Assembly: GCF_000007985.2 (NCBI RefSeq)
Contig: NC_002939.5
Coordinates: 2,790,001 to 2,822,000 of the forward strand
Source of the DNA: Geobacter sulfurreducens PCA
Lineage (GTDB): Bacteria > Desulfobacterota > Desulfuromonadia > Geobacterales > Geobacteraceae
Direction: 5' to 3'
Length of the DNA: 32,000 nt
Shown one piece after another: positions 16,031 through 25,755 of the stretch. The notes below the pieces were generated by a model. That model was not told where the DNA came from and did no database searches. It saw only the letters and a program-made list of their open reading frames with translations. The position numbers and the translations under genes are program-made. How positions within the stretch are numbered: position 1 is the first letter of the stretch; every line of letters starts with the position of its first letter.

Positions 16031-16820
16031 TTCTCCGGGGTCCGCTCCCGGCCAGGATCTGGGCGAAGACCTTCCCCTGGTCGGCGTTGATCATGAGATA
16101 ACGGGGCAGCTTCATGACGCTCTCGGCCGGCGTCACGTGGCGACGGTCGATGGTGAAGGTGGCCCGGTACCCCAGCGTCCCGGCCCGGCGGATCAGGTCG
16201 TCGTCATAAATGCCGAAGGGCCAGGCGAGCATGTCCACCGTCACCCCGAGTTCCTTCTCGATCTTTTCCCTCGATTTTTTCAGCTGCGACTCCACCAGCC
16301 GGTCAAACTCCGCCGGGGGGAGTTTCTTCCGCTCCTTCTTGAAGTTGGGATGCCAGTAGGTGTGGGACTGGAAATCGAAGAGCCCCGTTTTTTTCAGCTC
16401 CCGGAGCTGGTCCCAAGTCATGGCATACTTCGCGTTGGAGACGGCCGACGGGTAGATGAAGACCGTCACCGGCACCCGGTACTTCTTCACCAACGGCAGC
16501 ATGTCGGTATAGACCGACTTATGGGCGTCGTCCTCCACGATCACCACCGACTTGGGGGGCGGCGCCGGTCCCTTTTTCAGATAGAAGTCCACCACCTGCC
16601 GCAGGGGAATCACCCGGTAGCCGTTGTCCCGCAGATACTTCAGGTGTTCCTCGAAGACCGATGTTTTGATGGTCATGCCGTCGGCAACGGTGGGGCCGAA
16701 GCGGTGGTAAAGGAGGATGGGAACCGAGAAATCCGCGGCCGAAACCGGCCGGGGCACGGCCCGGGCGGCGGACGAGAAGGACGCCAGGAACATAACCGCG
16801 ACAATCAGGCGGAACAGCAT
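16017..16820 (-). CDS. Secreted polysaccharide deacetylase (CE4/NodB family)
   Basis: Start moved to the ATG at 16820 (MLFRLIVAVMFLASFSSAARA, a signal peptide), preceded by GGAGG. NodB-type motifs ILLYHRF, VVIVEDDAHKS and HTYWHP. Confidence 0.85.
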   Translation of the reverse strand: MLFRLIVAVMFLASFSSAARAVPRPVSAADFSVPILLYHRFGPTVADGMTIKTSVFEEHLKYLRDNGYRVIPLRQVVDFYLKKGPAPPPKSVVIVEDDAHKSVYTDMLPLVKKYRVPVTVFIYPSAVSNAKYAMTWDQLRELKKTGLFDFQSHTYWHPNFKKERKKLPPAEFDRLVESQLKKSREKIEKELGVTVDMLAWPFGIYDDDLIRRAGTLGYRATFTIDRRHVTPAESVMKLPRYLMINADQGKVFAQILAGSGPRRNVVY

Positions 16821-16902
16821 TTGCGCTACAACCTCCACTAAGGAAATAACTACGGGAATTACGGCCCGAAGACCGCCACAGGGGTAGTGACGGGTGACTT
16901 GG

Positions 16903-17598
16903 TCAGGGACGATACACCCGTTCGCCGAACAGGGCCGTTCCGATGCGGACCAGCGTAGCCCCCTCCTCCACGGCAGCCTCGAAGTCACCGGACATCCCCA
17001 TGGAGAGTTCCGTCATGGAAATACCGGGAATGTTCTCGGCAGCCACCGCGTCGGCCAGGCGCCTGAGCTCGCGGAAGTAGGGACGGGCCTCCTCGGGGTC
17101 GTCGAAGAAGGGAGGCATGGTCATGAGACCCCGGACCCGCACGTGGGGCAGGGTGGCCATGGCCGCCACCAGGTCTGTGAGTTCGGACGCCGAGGTGCCG
17201 CTCTTGGTCTCCTCGTCTGCGATGTTCACCTGCACGAGGATGTCGCAGACCGCGTCGAGCTTTGCCCACTGGCGGTCGATCTCCTCGGCCAGGGACAGAC
17301 GGTCCACCGAATGGATACAGGTCACGAGCCCGGCCAGGTACTTGACCTTGTTGGATTGAAGGTGACCGATGAAATGCCACTCCACCGGATCACGCACCTC
17401 ACGGGCCTTGGCCGTGAATTCCTGCACGTAGTTCTCGCCGAAGAGCCGCTGCCCTGCCCGGGCCGCGTCCTCAACCGCCTCGGCCGGAATGGTCTTGGAG
17501 ACCGCAACGAGGCGCACCGACGCCGGATCACGCCCGGCCCGCCGGGCCGCGGCCGCGATCTTTGCCAGGATATGGGTCAAATTGTCGGCGATTGCCAT
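16903..17598 (-). CDS. yggS: YggS-family pyridoxal-phosphate homeostasis protein
   Basis: 231-aa ORF. The LVAVSKT lysine motif, [10 protein letters not shown] and SMGMSGDF are typical of the YggS/PROSC family. Confidence 0.9.
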   Translation of the reverse strand: MAIADNLTHILAKIAAAARRAGRDPASVRLVAVSKTIPAEAVEDAARAGQRLFGENYVQEFTAKAREVRDPVEWHFIGHLQSNKVKYLAGLVTCIHSVDRLSLAEEIDRQWAKLDAVCDILVQVNIADEETKSGTSASELTDLVAAMATLPHVRVRGLMTMPPFFDDPEEARPYFRELRRLADAVAAENIPGISMTELSMGMSGDFEAAVEEGATLVRIGTALFGERVYRP

Positions 17599-17607
17599 GA
17601 CCGGAAC

Positions 17608-18183
17608 TCACAGGGCGCCGATGCGGCGCAGATCCTCCACCACTTCGCAGAGCGGCAGGCCAACCACATTGGTATAGGAGCCGTCGATCCGCTCGACCAT
17701 ATAGGCAGCGCCCCCCTGAATGGCATAGGCTCCGGCCTTGTCCATGGGGCAGCCGGTGGCTACGTAGGCGCTGATTTCCTCGTCACGCAAGGGTTTGAAC
17801 ACGACCTTGGTCACCACCGCCTTGCAGAGCAGACCGTCGCGTTCCCGGTCGTAAACGGCATAGCCGGTAATTACTTCGTGGGAAACACCGGAGAGTTTCC
17901 TGAGCATCCGCACGGCATCGGCCTCATCCACGGGCTTGCCCATGATCTCGCCGGCACAGACCACGATGGTATCGGCACCCACGAACCAGCGCCCCTCGGT
18001 CCGGGCCGCCGTGGCCACGGCCTTGTCCCGGGCCAGGCGCGTGGCGAAATCCGCCGGGGCCTCGCCGGGGATGGGCTCCTCGGGGATATCGCTCGCACAG
18101 ACGTCGAATTCCACCCCGGCCGATGCCAGCAGCTCCAGCCGCCGGGGTGAGGCGGACGCCAGGACGATCCTACCCTTTTCCAT
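17608..18183 (-). CDS. maf: Maf-like nucleoside triphosphate pyrophosphatase
   Basis: Start moved to the ATG at 18183 ([19 protein letters not shown]). The Maf motifs ASASPRR, GADT.V and AGAYAIQG are present. Confidence 0.9.
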   Translation of the reverse strand: MEKGRIVLASASPRRLELLASAGVEFDVCASDIPEEPIPGEAPADFATRLARDKAVATAARTEGRWFVGADTIVVCAGEIMGKPVDEADAVRMLRKLSGVSHEVITGYAVYDRERDGLLCKAVVTKVVFKPLRDEEISAYVATGCPMDKAGAYAIQGGAAYMVERIDGSYTNVVGLPLCEVVEDLRRIGAL

Positions 18184-18451
18184 CCTTTTCTCCCTCGTTT
18201 CGCGCCTTGATCCGTTCCTCGTGGCGGCGTTTCTCGATCTCCAGCTCCTCCCAGTGCTTCTTCCAGTCCTTTTTCCTGACAAAGGAAAGGACCACTGCCC
18301 CCACCAGGATCACCACGCCCCAGAAGATGTTCATGATCTGGGATCGCGCAATGCCGTAGCCCAGAGAAACGATCCCCATGAGGATCAGGAGCGCCTCCAT
18401 GGAAAGGAGCCTGCCGATGAGAGATATTTCCTGTTTTTCCTTGTCGTCCAT
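18170..18451 (-). CDS. Small two-TM membrane protein with charged C-terminal tail, unknown function
   Basis: ATG at 18451 (MDDKEKQ...). Two hydrophobic helices (ALLILMGIVSLGYGI and IFWGVVILVGAVVLSFV), then a KKDWKKHWEELEIEKRRHEERIK tail. The stop overlaps the maf start by 14 nt. Confidence 0.5.
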   Translation of the reverse strand: MDDKEKQEISLIGRLLSMEALLILMGIVSLGYGIARSQIMNIFWGVVILVGAVVLSFVRKKDWKKHWEELEIEKRRHEERIKARNEGEKDGKG

Positions 18452-18530
18452 AGATACCCCGTGGGAGCGATCCTTGTGATCGCCCGCTTCTGGTGTCACG
18501 CGACGTCAAAGGCGAACGCGAGGTTCGCCC

Positions 18531-19835
18531 CTACACTGTTGCGAGCCAATGATCCAGTTCCGCCAGGGCTCGCTCCGCAAGCCTTCCCCGGCGATCCTTC
18601 TTTTTCACTTTCCCCTCGAGGGGCGGGAACAGTCCGTAGTTTACGTTCATAGGCTGAAAGTGCCTGGCCGGCGCAGTGGTGATATGGGCCACCAGCGCAC
18701 CCAGGGCGGTGACCGGCGGCGGAACTGCCGGATCCTCACCCCGCACGAGCCGGGCACTATTGATACCGGCCAGGAAACCGCTGCCGGCCGATTCCACGTA
18801 TCCCTCCACCCCGGTGATCTGGCCGGCAAAGAAGGTGCGGGGGTCGCCCTTGAGCCGGAAGGTGGGCTCCAGCAGGGTCGGCGCATTGATGAACGTATTG
18901 CGGTGCATTGAGCCGAGCCGGACGAACTCGGCGCTCTCCAGGCCGGGGATCATTCGGAAGACTCGCCGCTGTTCGGGCCAGGTGAGCTTGGTCTGGAAAC
19001 CCACCAGGTTGAACAGGGTTCCCTCCCGGTTCTCGGCCCGCAACTGCACCACCGCGTGGGGTTCACGGCCGGTACGGGGGTCCGTGAGCCCCACCGGCTT
19101 CAGGGGGCCGAAGCGGAGAGTTTCCCGGCCCCGCTCCGCCATCTCTTCCACGGGCATGCACCCCTCAAAGTGTACCACTTTTTCAAAATCCCTGGCCGGT
19201 ACCTTTTCCGCGGCGAGAACGGCATCAACGAACCGCTCGTACTCTTCTTCGGAGAGGGGGCAGTTCAGGTAGTCGTCACCGTCCCCCTTGCCGTAGCGGG
19301 AGGCCCGGAAAACCTTGTCCGAATCGAGGGAGTCGGCCGCAACGATGGGAGCGATGGCATCGTAGAAGTAGAGGCTGTCGCCGGTGATCTGCTTCAGCCG
19401 CTCGGCCAGGGCGTCGCTGGTCAGGGGCCCCGAGGCGATCACCAGGACCCCTTCGGCGGGAAGCTCCGTCACCTCCTCGCGCACCAGCTCGATCAGGGGA
19501 TGCCCCTCGATCCGCTCGGTTACGTAGGAGGAGAACAGTTCCCGGTCCACGGCCAGGGCGCCGCCTGCAGGCACCCGGGTGGCGTCGGCCGCGGCCATGA
19601 TGAGTGAGCCGGCCCGCCGCAACTCTTCCTTGAGGAGCCCCACGGCGTTCTCCAGGGACTCCCCCCGGAGCGAGTTTGAGCAGACCAGCTCCGCCAGCCC
19701 GGACAGGTGGTGGGCCGGCGAGTAGCGCTGGGGCTTCATCTCCCGCAGAACGACCCGCACGCCGCGCCCGGCGATCTGCCAGGCGGCCTCGCACCCAGCC
19801 AGGCCGCCGCCGATGATGGTGACGGCACCGGTCAT
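18531..19835 (-). CDS. trmFO: Folate-dependent tRNA (m5U54) methyltransferase TrmFO (Gid)
   Basis: Start moved to the ATG at 19835 ([19 protein letters not shown], an FAD-binding GxGxxG), giving 434 aa. The N-terminal extension in the track is Arg/Pro-rich and overlaps the upstream ORF. The start overlaps the upstream stop (ATGA). Confidence 0.95.
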   Translation of the reverse strand: MTGAVTIIGGGLAGCEAAWQIAGRGVRVVLREMKPQRYSPAHHLSGLAELVCSNSLRGESLENAVGLLKEELRRAGSLIMAAADATRVPAGGALAVDRELFSSYVTERIEGHPLIELVREEVTELPAEGVLVIASGPLTSDALAERLKQITGDSLYFYDAIAPIVAADSLDSDKVFRASRYGKGDGDDYLNCPLSEEEYERFVDAVLAAEKVPARDFEKVVHFEGCMPVEEMAERGRETLRFGPLKPVGLTDPRTGREPHAVVQLRAENREGTLFNLVGFQTKLTWPEQRRVFRMIPGLESAEFVRLGSMHRNTFINAPTLLEPTFRLKGDPRTFFAGQITGVEGYVESAGSGFLAGINSARLVRGEDPAVPPPVTALGALVAHITTAPARHFQPMNVNYGLFPPLEGKVKKKDRRGRLAERALAELDHWLATV

Positions 19836-20242
19836 GGGGACGGGTCGCCCGCCGCGGGAATCTCGAACTTCTGGAGGGGGTGGCCAGCCAGGAGTCGGGC
19901 CTTTCCCTTCTCCTCGTCCCAGAGGGTCAGATACCCCTTCCAGCCGCTGTCGAGCAACTGGCGGATGTGGGTGACAACCTCCCCGGAGGGTGGCACGTGA
20001 AAGGCGTTGTACCCCGAGAAGCCGCCGGGCGGTATGAGTCGGTAGGCACCGTACCCCTGCATGACGCTCCGCTTGACGGTGGTGGCCAGGGCAAAGTTCC
20101 AGACCTGCTCCTCGTACTTGGTCCAGCCGCAGATGGGGCACATGACCCGCCGGGAGCTCGTCTCGCCCCAGCACTCGGTATCGATCCGGGCATAGGCGAA
20201 ACGACACTGCTCACAGGTTTCGTGCATGTCGGTAAGCATCAT
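19832..20242 (-). CDS. Zinc-ribbon-containing hypothetical protein (136 aa)
   Basis: N-terminal CEQC...(19 aa)...CPIC four-Cys pattern. SD AAGGA 5 nt upstream of the ATG at 20242. Host-like codon usage. Translationally coupled (ATGA) to trmFO. Confidence 0.6.
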   Translation of the reverse strand: MMLTDMHETCEQCRFAYARIDTECWGETSSRRVMCPICGWTKYEEQVWNFALATTVKRSVMQGYGAYRLIPPGGFSGYNAFHVPPSGEVVTHIRQLLDSGWKGYLTLWDEEKGKARLLAGHPLQKFEIPAAGDPSP

Positions 20243-20271
20243 GGATTTCCTTCAGCAGCCGCACATCGTGC

Positions 20272-20299
20272 GAGAAAAAGGCGGGGATCGCTCCCCGCC
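20272..20299 (-). terminator. Rho-independent terminator after topA
   Basis: Minus strand: GGCGGGGA-gcga-TCCCCGCC (20299-20280, 8-bp GC stem with a tetraloop), immediately followed by TTTTTCTC (20279-20272). It begins 16 nt after the topA stop. Confidence 0.7.
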
Positions 20300-20314
20300 C
20301 GGTCGGCGACGTGA

Positions 20315-22588
20315 TTACTTTTTCCCTTCGGTCCGGTAGTCGCATCCTTCCTTGGGACACTTGAGGAACTCCCCTTCCCGCTTGTAGACCTTCTTCACCA
20401 GCAGCGGGAAGCCGCACTTGGGGCACGGCCCCGGCTGGGGCGGGTCCCAGAGGGCGAACTTGCACTGGGGATAGCGGTTGCAGGAGTAGAACATCTTGCC
20501 GTAGCGGGACTTTTTCTCGGTCAGCTCCCCTTCCTTGCATTCGGGGCAGGTATGGCCGGTCCCCTTGGGCTTCACCAGGGGCTGGATGTTCTTGCAGGCG
20601 GGATAGGCCGAGCAGGCCAGGTACTTGCCGAAGCGCCCGTCCTTGATGAGCATGGGGCTGCCGCATTTGTCGCACTTTTCCTCGGACAGGACCGGCTCCG
20701 CCTGCTCTCTTCCCTCACCCTGGTCGATGTTGCGGGTATAGGTGCACCCTTCCTTGTAACCGGAGCAGGCAATGAACTTGCCGCGCTTGCCGAGCTTCAC
20801 CACCAGGGGTTTTCCGCATTCGGGGCATGCCTCGTCCGTGGCCTCGGTGGTGAGGTCCGCCTTGCTGACCTCGCCCTCTTTCTGTTTGAGCAGTCCCTGG
20901 AAGGGCTCCCAGAACTCGCGCAGCAGCGGCTTCCACCGCTTTTCCCCCCGGGAGACCTGGTCGAGCTCTTCCTCAAGGGTGGCGGTGAAGTTGTAGTCCA
21001 CGTACGTGGTGAAATGGTTGGTCAGAAGATCGTTGACCACCATCCCCACATCCTCGGGGATGAAGCGCTTGCTGTCGAGGCGGGCGTACTTGCGCTCCAG
21101 GAGCGTGTTCATGATGGAGGCATAGGTTGAGGGGCGCCCGATGCCGTACTCTTCCAGCGTCTTCACCAGGCTCGCCTCGGTGTACCGGGGGGGCGGCTGG
21201 GTGAAGTGCTGCTCCGGGAGGAGCTTCAGGAGCTTCAGGAGTTCCCCTTCGGTGAGGGGAGGGAGGGTCCCCTCCTTCTCTTCGGCCTGATCGTCCACCC
21301 CTTCGATGTACAGCTTCATAAATCCGGGAAAGCGGATCACGGTGCCGGCGGCCCGGAAGCGGTAGCCCTTGCCCGCGCCGATATCGACGGAGGTTTGGTC
21401 CAGGAGCGCCTCGGCCATCTGGCAGGCCACGGTCCGCTTCCAGATCAGGTCGTACAGCTTGAACTGGTCGGAGGAGAGGTACTTTTTCAGCTCCGCCGGG
21501 GTGCGGGCGATGGAGGTGGGGCGGACCGCCTCGTGGGCCTCCTGGGCGTTCTTAGCCTTGTTTTTGTAGAAGCGGGGCTTGGCAAGGGCGTATTCGGGAC
21601 CGTACAGGGAAGTGATGACCTGGTGGGCCTCCTGCAGTGCCTGGTTCGACAGCACCACGCTGTCGGTACGCATGTAAGTGATGAGACCCACGAGCCCTTC
21701 GTCGATGGCGACCCCTTCGTAGAGCTTTTGGGCCGTGGCCATGGTCTTTTTGGCCGAAAAGCCCAGTTTGCGGGCAGCCTCCTGCTGGAGGGTCGATGTG
21801 GTAAACGGCGGCGCCGGCGTCCGCTTGCGCTCGCTCTTCGTCACCTTGTCCACAGTGAAGGTGGCGTTCTCCAGGGCCTTCACGAGCCGGTCGGCCGCAG
21901 CCTGATCGGGGATGTCGAACTTGTCGAGCTTCTTCCCCTCGGCTTCGACCAGATTGGCGGTGCACTTCTGCCCCCCCTCCTTGGCCAGCTCCGCGCCGAT
22001 GGTCCAGTATTCCTGGGACTGGAACGCCTGGATCTCCTTCTCCCGCTCGCAGATGAGCCGCAGGGCCACCGACTGGACCCGGCCGGCGGAAAGGCCGTAA
22101 CGAATCTTCTTCCAGAGGAAGGGGGAGAGATTGAAACCCACGAGATAATCGAGAATTGAGCGAGCCTGCTGGGCGTCCACCAGATCCTGTGAGATATCGC
22201 GGGGATTCTCCACGGCATGGACTATGGCGTCCTTGGTGATCTCGTGGAACACCACCCGCCTGACCGGTACCGGCGGTTTCTCGGGCTTCACGCCCAGGGC
22301 CGCCAGCAGGTGCCAGGAGATGGCCTCCCCTTCCCGGTCGGGGTCGGTGGCCAGCAGGAGCGAATCGCTCGCCTTCAACTCCTTCTTGATGGCGTCGATG
22401 TGCCGTTTGCTCTCGGGCAGGACGGCGTAGCGGGGCTCGAAGTCGTGCTCCACGTCCACGGAGCCCTGCTTGCTCGGCAGGGCGCGCACATGGCCGTAGG
22501 ATGCGAGCACCTTGTAGTCCGGGCCGAGGAACTTCTCTATGGTCTTAGCCTTGGCAGGAGATTCTACTATGACGAGATGTTGGGACAT
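20315..22588 (-). CDS. topA: DNA topoisomerase I
   Basis: 757-aa ORF. TOPRIM N-terminus (LVIVESPAKAKTI), the active-site region ...GLITYMRTDS, and four C-terminal C4 zinc-ribbon repeats (CPECG..., CDKCG..., CPECK..., CPKCG...). Confidence 0.97.
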   Translation of the reverse strand: MSQHLVIVESPAKAKTIEKFLGPDYKVLASYGHVRALPSKQGSVDVEHDFEPRYAVLPESKRHIDAIKKELKASDSLLLATDPDREGEAISWHLLAALGVKPEKPPVPVRRVVFHEITKDAIVHAVENPRDISQDLVDAQQARSILDYLVGFNLSPFLWKKIRYGLSAGRVQSVALRLICEREKEIQAFQSQEYWTIGAELAKEGGQKCTANLVEAEGKKLDKFDIPDQAAADRLVKALENATFTVDKVTKSERKRTPAPPFTTSTLQQEAARKLGFSAKKTMATAQKLYEGVAIDEGLVGLITYMRTDSVVLSNQALQEAHQVITSLYGPEYALAKPRFYKNKAKNAQEAHEAVRPTSIARTPAELKKYLSSDQFKLYDLIWKRTVACQMAEALLDQTSVDIGAGKGYRFRAAGTVIRFPGFMKLYIEGVDDQAEEKEGTLPPLTEGELLKLLKLLPEQHFTQPPPRYTEASLVKTLEEYGIGRPSTYASIMNTLLERKYARLDSKRFIPEDVGMVVNDLLTNHFTTYVDYNFTATLEEELDQVSRGEKRWKPLLREFWEPFQGLLKQKEGEVSKADLTTEATDEACPECGKPLVVKLGKRGKFIACSGYKEGCTYTRNIDQGEGREQAEPVLSEEKCDKCGSPMLIKDGRFGKYLACSAYPACKNIQPLVKPKGTGHTCPECKEGELTEKKSRYGKMFYSCNRYPQCKFALWDPPQPGPCPKCGFPLLVKKVYKREGEFLKCPKEGCDYRTEGKK

Positions 22589-22602
22589 AGACGGTACCGT
22601 TG

Positions 22603-23673
22603 TCAGTTAGCGTGAAAAAACTTGCCGGGAAGCTGAGTTACGACTCCTTTCAGTTCCAGGCGCAGTAACATAGCCGAAACCTCCCCCACTGTCAACGCGC
22701 TTTTGGCAATGATCTCGTCGATGTGAAGTGGATCGGCGCCGAACATCGCCATCAGGGCGGCCTCGCCGGCGGGAAGCGGCGGCAGTGGCGGCGCAACGGC
22801 AACCGCGGCCGCAGCTCGGGGGACAAGCTCTTCCAGGATATCCTCGACTCCGGCCACGAGTTTGGCCCCTTCCCTGATGAGCCGGTTGGTGCCGCTGCTG
22901 CCGCTGCTCGTGATATTCCCCGGGATGGCGAAGACGTCCCGCCCCTGGTCCAGGGCCATCTGTGCCGTGATGAGCGAGCCGCTCCGCTCGGCCGCCTCCA
23001 CCACCAGGACACCGCGGCACATGCCGCTGATGATCCGGTTGCGGCGGGGAAAATTCTCGGCCAGAGGCCCCATGCCCAGGGGGAACTCGGACACCAGGGC
23101 TCCCCGGTCGGCCACCCGGGCGAAGAGCGCCCGGTTCTCGGGGGGATACACCACGTCGATGCCGCACCCCAGAACGCCGACGGTTCTCCCCTCCCCGGCC
23201 AGGGCGCCCTGGTGGGCCGCAGTGTCGATGCCCCGGGCCATGCCCGAAACCACCGCCACCCCGCGGCGGGCAAGGTCCTCGGCCAGCCGGGCCGTTACGG
23301 TGCGGCCGTAAACGGTGGCCCGGCGCGACCCCACCACGGCCACGGCAGGCTCCAGCCCCGTCGGGTCGCCCTTGACGTAGAGGTAGGGGGGCGGGTCGGC
23401 AATCTGGAGGAGAAGCGGCGGGTAGTCAGGGTCCCGGATGGTGACGATGCGGACGCCCGCGCGCCGGACCCGTTCGCACTCTGACTCGGCAAAGGCACGG
23501 GGATCATGCCCCCGGATGGAGGCCGCAACGGCGGAGCTTACGCCGCGCACGGACGCAAGCTCAGCATCGGAGGCCCTGAAAACCGCCTCGGGAGAGCCGA
23601 ACCGATCCAGCAGCCGGCGATAGAGGACATTCCCCACCAGGGGGACCGATCTGAGCGCAAACCAGTGATACAT
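22603..23673 (-). CDS. dprA: DNA processing protein DprA (Smf)
   Basis: 356-aa ORF. Rossmann-like DprA core (AVVGSRRAT.YG, SGMARGID..AH, VLG.GID..YP, GSLITA). C-terminal winged-helix-like tail. 14 nt upstream of topA. Confidence 0.9.
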   Translation of the reverse strand: MYHWFALRSVPLVGNVLYRRLLDRFGSPEAVFRASDAELASVRGVSSAVAASIRGHDPRAFAESECERVRRAGVRIVTIRDPDYPPLLLQIADPPPYLYVKGDPTGLEPAVAVVGSRRATVYGRTVTARLAEDLARRGVAVVSGMARGIDTAAHQGALAGEGRTVGVLGCGIDVVYPPENRALFARVADRGALVSEFPLGMGPLAENFPRRNRIISGMCRGVLVVEAAERSGSLITAQMALDQGRDVFAIPGNITSSGSSGTNRLIREGAKLVAGVEDILEELVPRAAAAVAVAPPLPPLPAGEAALMAMFGADPLHIDEIIAKSALTVGEVSAMLLRLELKGVVTQLPGKFFHAN

Positions 23674-23725
23674 GGGAGTGGGAAGGCGGCAGGCCCTTTC
23701 ATGCCGGAGACGGGGGATACGAAAC

Positions 23726-23748
23726 GGGGACCGGCCGTGCCGGTCCCC
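23726..23748 (-). terminator. Stem-loop downstream of the LysM gene (possible weak terminator)
   Basis: GGGGACCGGC-cgt-GCCGGTCCCC, a perfect 10-bp stem. On the minus strand only GTTTCGT follows, a poor U-tract. Confidence 0.4.
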
Positions 23749-23758
23749 GCAATGCTGC

Positions 23759-24760
23759 CTACCTGGCGGCCCGGACCTCGACCCGGTCGCCCCGGTAGAT
23801 GGTATCGATGCTCTTCACCACCAGGGCCGTCGACGTGGTCTCGCCGCTGGCCACCACCACCAGGGCGCCGATCACCTCGGGCGGCAGCTTCTTCACTGAG
23901 ATGTCGGCATACTGCTGATCGGGCACCACGTCGCGCAGCACGTAGAGCATGTGCCCCGGCTGGGCGCCCTGGCTTTTTCCGAGGTCTATGAAGACAAGGT
24001 CACCTTCGCTGATGGCCTTGTTGCCCCCCTGCGAGTCAACGACAAAACCGTTCATATCCTGCTGGGCCGCCTTCAGGGGAACCAGGCGTCGCTTGTCCCG
24101 CCAGGGGAGGATGAGGGAGCCAGGCCCGATCTCCTGATAGGACTTGGTCACAATTGCCTTGGAGACCTTTCCTTCCACCTCGGTGAGCTGGAGGGTGCCG
24201 AGGGGGATCATCTTCTCGCCGAGGATCACGTTCGTGACCGGATGGCTCACTGCTTCGAGCTTTTTATAGACGGAGAACCGGTCGCCCACCTTGGCGCCCT
24301 GATCCGCACCGATGTCCACGTAGACGATGTCGTCCTCGCCCACGATCACGCGGCTCTGGCTGGTGGTGATGATCCTGCCGGCGGGCTTGAACCCTTTTTC
24401 CACCAGATACCCTTCGCTGCCGCTCACCAGGAAGCTCCGCTCCGCCACCGGTTCCTCGGAGGGGCGGGGCGACGGTGCCGCCTCGGGCGTGGCGGGCGTA
24501 CGCGGCTCGATCTCGATCCGGTCGGGATAGACCCTGACCCGCTGTCCCGGATAGATGAAGTGGGGATTGCCGATAGCGGGGTTTCTGGCCCAGAGGTTCG
24601 GCCAGTAGTACGGGTCCTTGAGAAAGCGCTCGGACAGTCCCCAGAGGGTGTCACCCTTCTGGATGACGTAGACCGTCGGCTCCTCTGCGGCAGCCAGCAC
24701 CCCGAGGGGAGCGACAAGAGAGAGGGCGAGAAGGAGGGAAGCAGCCAGCATCCGTTTCAT
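23759..24760 (-). CDS. Secreted LysM-domain peptidoglycan-binding protein (possibly TsaP-like)
   Basis: Start moved to the ATG at 24760 (MKRMLAASLLLALSLVAPLGVLAA, a signal peptide), preceded by GAGGTG. The LysM motif YVIQKGDTLWGLSERFL...WP.LW..N lies at the N-terminus, followed by about 250 aa of beta-rich sequence. Confidence 0.8.
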   Translation of the reverse strand: MKRMLAASLLLALSLVAPLGVLAAAEEPTVYVIQKGDTLWGLSERFLKDPYYWPNLWARNPAIGNPHFIYPGQRVRVYPDRIEIEPRTPATPEAAPSPRPSEEPVAERSFLVSGSEGYLVEKGFKPAGRIITTSQSRVIVGEDDIVYVDIGADQGAKVGDRFSVYKKLEAVSHPVTNVILGEKMIPLGTLQLTEVEGKVSKAIVTKSYQEIGPGSLILPWRDKRRLVPLKAAQQDMNGFVVDSQGGNKAISEGDLVFIDLGKSQGAQPGHMLYVLRDVVPDQQYADISVKKLPPEVIGALVVVASGETTSTALVVKSIDTIYRGDRVEVRAAR

Positions 24761-24833
24761 GGTCACCTCGCGGCCCCGTCCGTAAAGGGGCACCTGATGC
24801 GCCGGCGGGGCGAACGCCGGCATGGGTACGGAA

Positions 24834-25562
24834 TCACTGTTTTTTCGGAGTCGCAACAGCGAGGCGTTCGCGGGCCTTGGCCGCAGCGGGGCTCCGGGGA
24901 TACTTGGCGGCGAGCGATTCGAGGATCTCCCGGGCCCGCTCAGGCTCCTTCATGGCATAGAGCGTGTAGCCGCTCTTGAGGAGAGCATCGGGGACCTTAG
25001 TGCTCGCGGGATAGCGCTCGGCCACCAATCTGAAGGCATCCAGCGCCCGGGGCAGGTCGGAGCGCGAATAGTGGCATTCGCCGATCCAGTAGAGGGCATT
25101 GCCCGCATACTCGCTGTCGGGATGTTCCGCAAGGAATGCCTGAAACGCCTCCACGGCGCCGGCGAAGTTGTTGGCGCTGTAGAGGCCGAAGGCCTTCAGG
25201 TAAGCATCGGGGGGGCCGTCCTTTTCACGGGGCGCGCCGTCTCGGCTCACCACCTCGATGCGGGATGGGGTACCGGCCGCGGGGGCAACCTGGGCGAGAC
25301 GTTCGGTGATGTTCGCCTGCAGTTCCCGCTGTCCGGCCTTGATCTGCTCGAGCTCGGCGCCCTGGGCGGCCAGGCGCTCGCGGAGCGCGGTCACCTCGGC
25401 CGAAAGTTCGGCGAGGCGCACGCCGGAGGTGGTGCTGGCCTGATGCAGGTGCTCCAGGCGCGTCTCCATCTCCGACTGCTTCCGTACCATCACATCCTGG
25501 CCGCTGCAACCGGCGGACGCCACGAGGCAAAGTCCGGCAACAGCGTGTCTGAGCAGGTTCAT
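24834..25562 (-). CDS. cpoB: Tol-Pal system protein YbgF/CpoB (lipoprotein with coiled coil and TPR)
   Basis: 242-aa ORF. Lipobox LVASAGC. A coiled-coil segment (LAELSAEVTALRERLAAQGAELEQIK). The C-terminal TPR-like block YL.AF.LY.....A...F..F...P.S.YA.NALYW.GE is characteristic of YbgF. SD GGGAGAGGG. Confidence 0.8.
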   Translation of the reverse strand: MNLLRHAVAGLCLVASAGCSGQDVMVRKQSEMETRLEHLHQASTTSGVRLAELSAEVTALRERLAAQGAELEQIKAGQRELQANITERLAQVAPAAGTPSRIEVVSRDGAPREKDGPPDAYLKAFGLYSANNFAGAVEAFQAFLAEHPDSEYAGNALYWIGECHYSRSDLPRALDAFRLVAERYPASTKVPDALLKSGYTLYAMKEPERAREILESLAAKYPRSPAAAKARERLAVATPKKQ

Positions 25563-25647
25563 GGACCCTCTCCCTAGTGAACTCTTCGGAGAGTTAATGA
25601 CATTTCCCCTTGTTTGTCAAGGTCAAAGCCGTGACCGGAATCACGCG

Positions 25648-25684
25648 TTACATGAATATATTCACGTAATTTTGTTGATTACGT
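25648..25684. promoter_or_regulatory. Overlapping palindromes built from TTAC(A/G)T half-sites in the divergent control region
   Basis: TTACATGAATA|TATTCACGTAA (25648-25669, 21/22 symmetric) overlaps ACGTAAT-N7-ATTACGT (25664-25684). The third half-site overlaps a possible -35 TTGATT (25675-25680; TATAAC at 25700-25705, 19-nt spacer). Confidence 0.4.
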
Positions 25685-25755
25685 TAGCGTTGGATATGCT
25701 ATAACATCGATCAGCGAGACAGCATCCGGCAGAGCGAGCGCCCACAGGACCGCAC

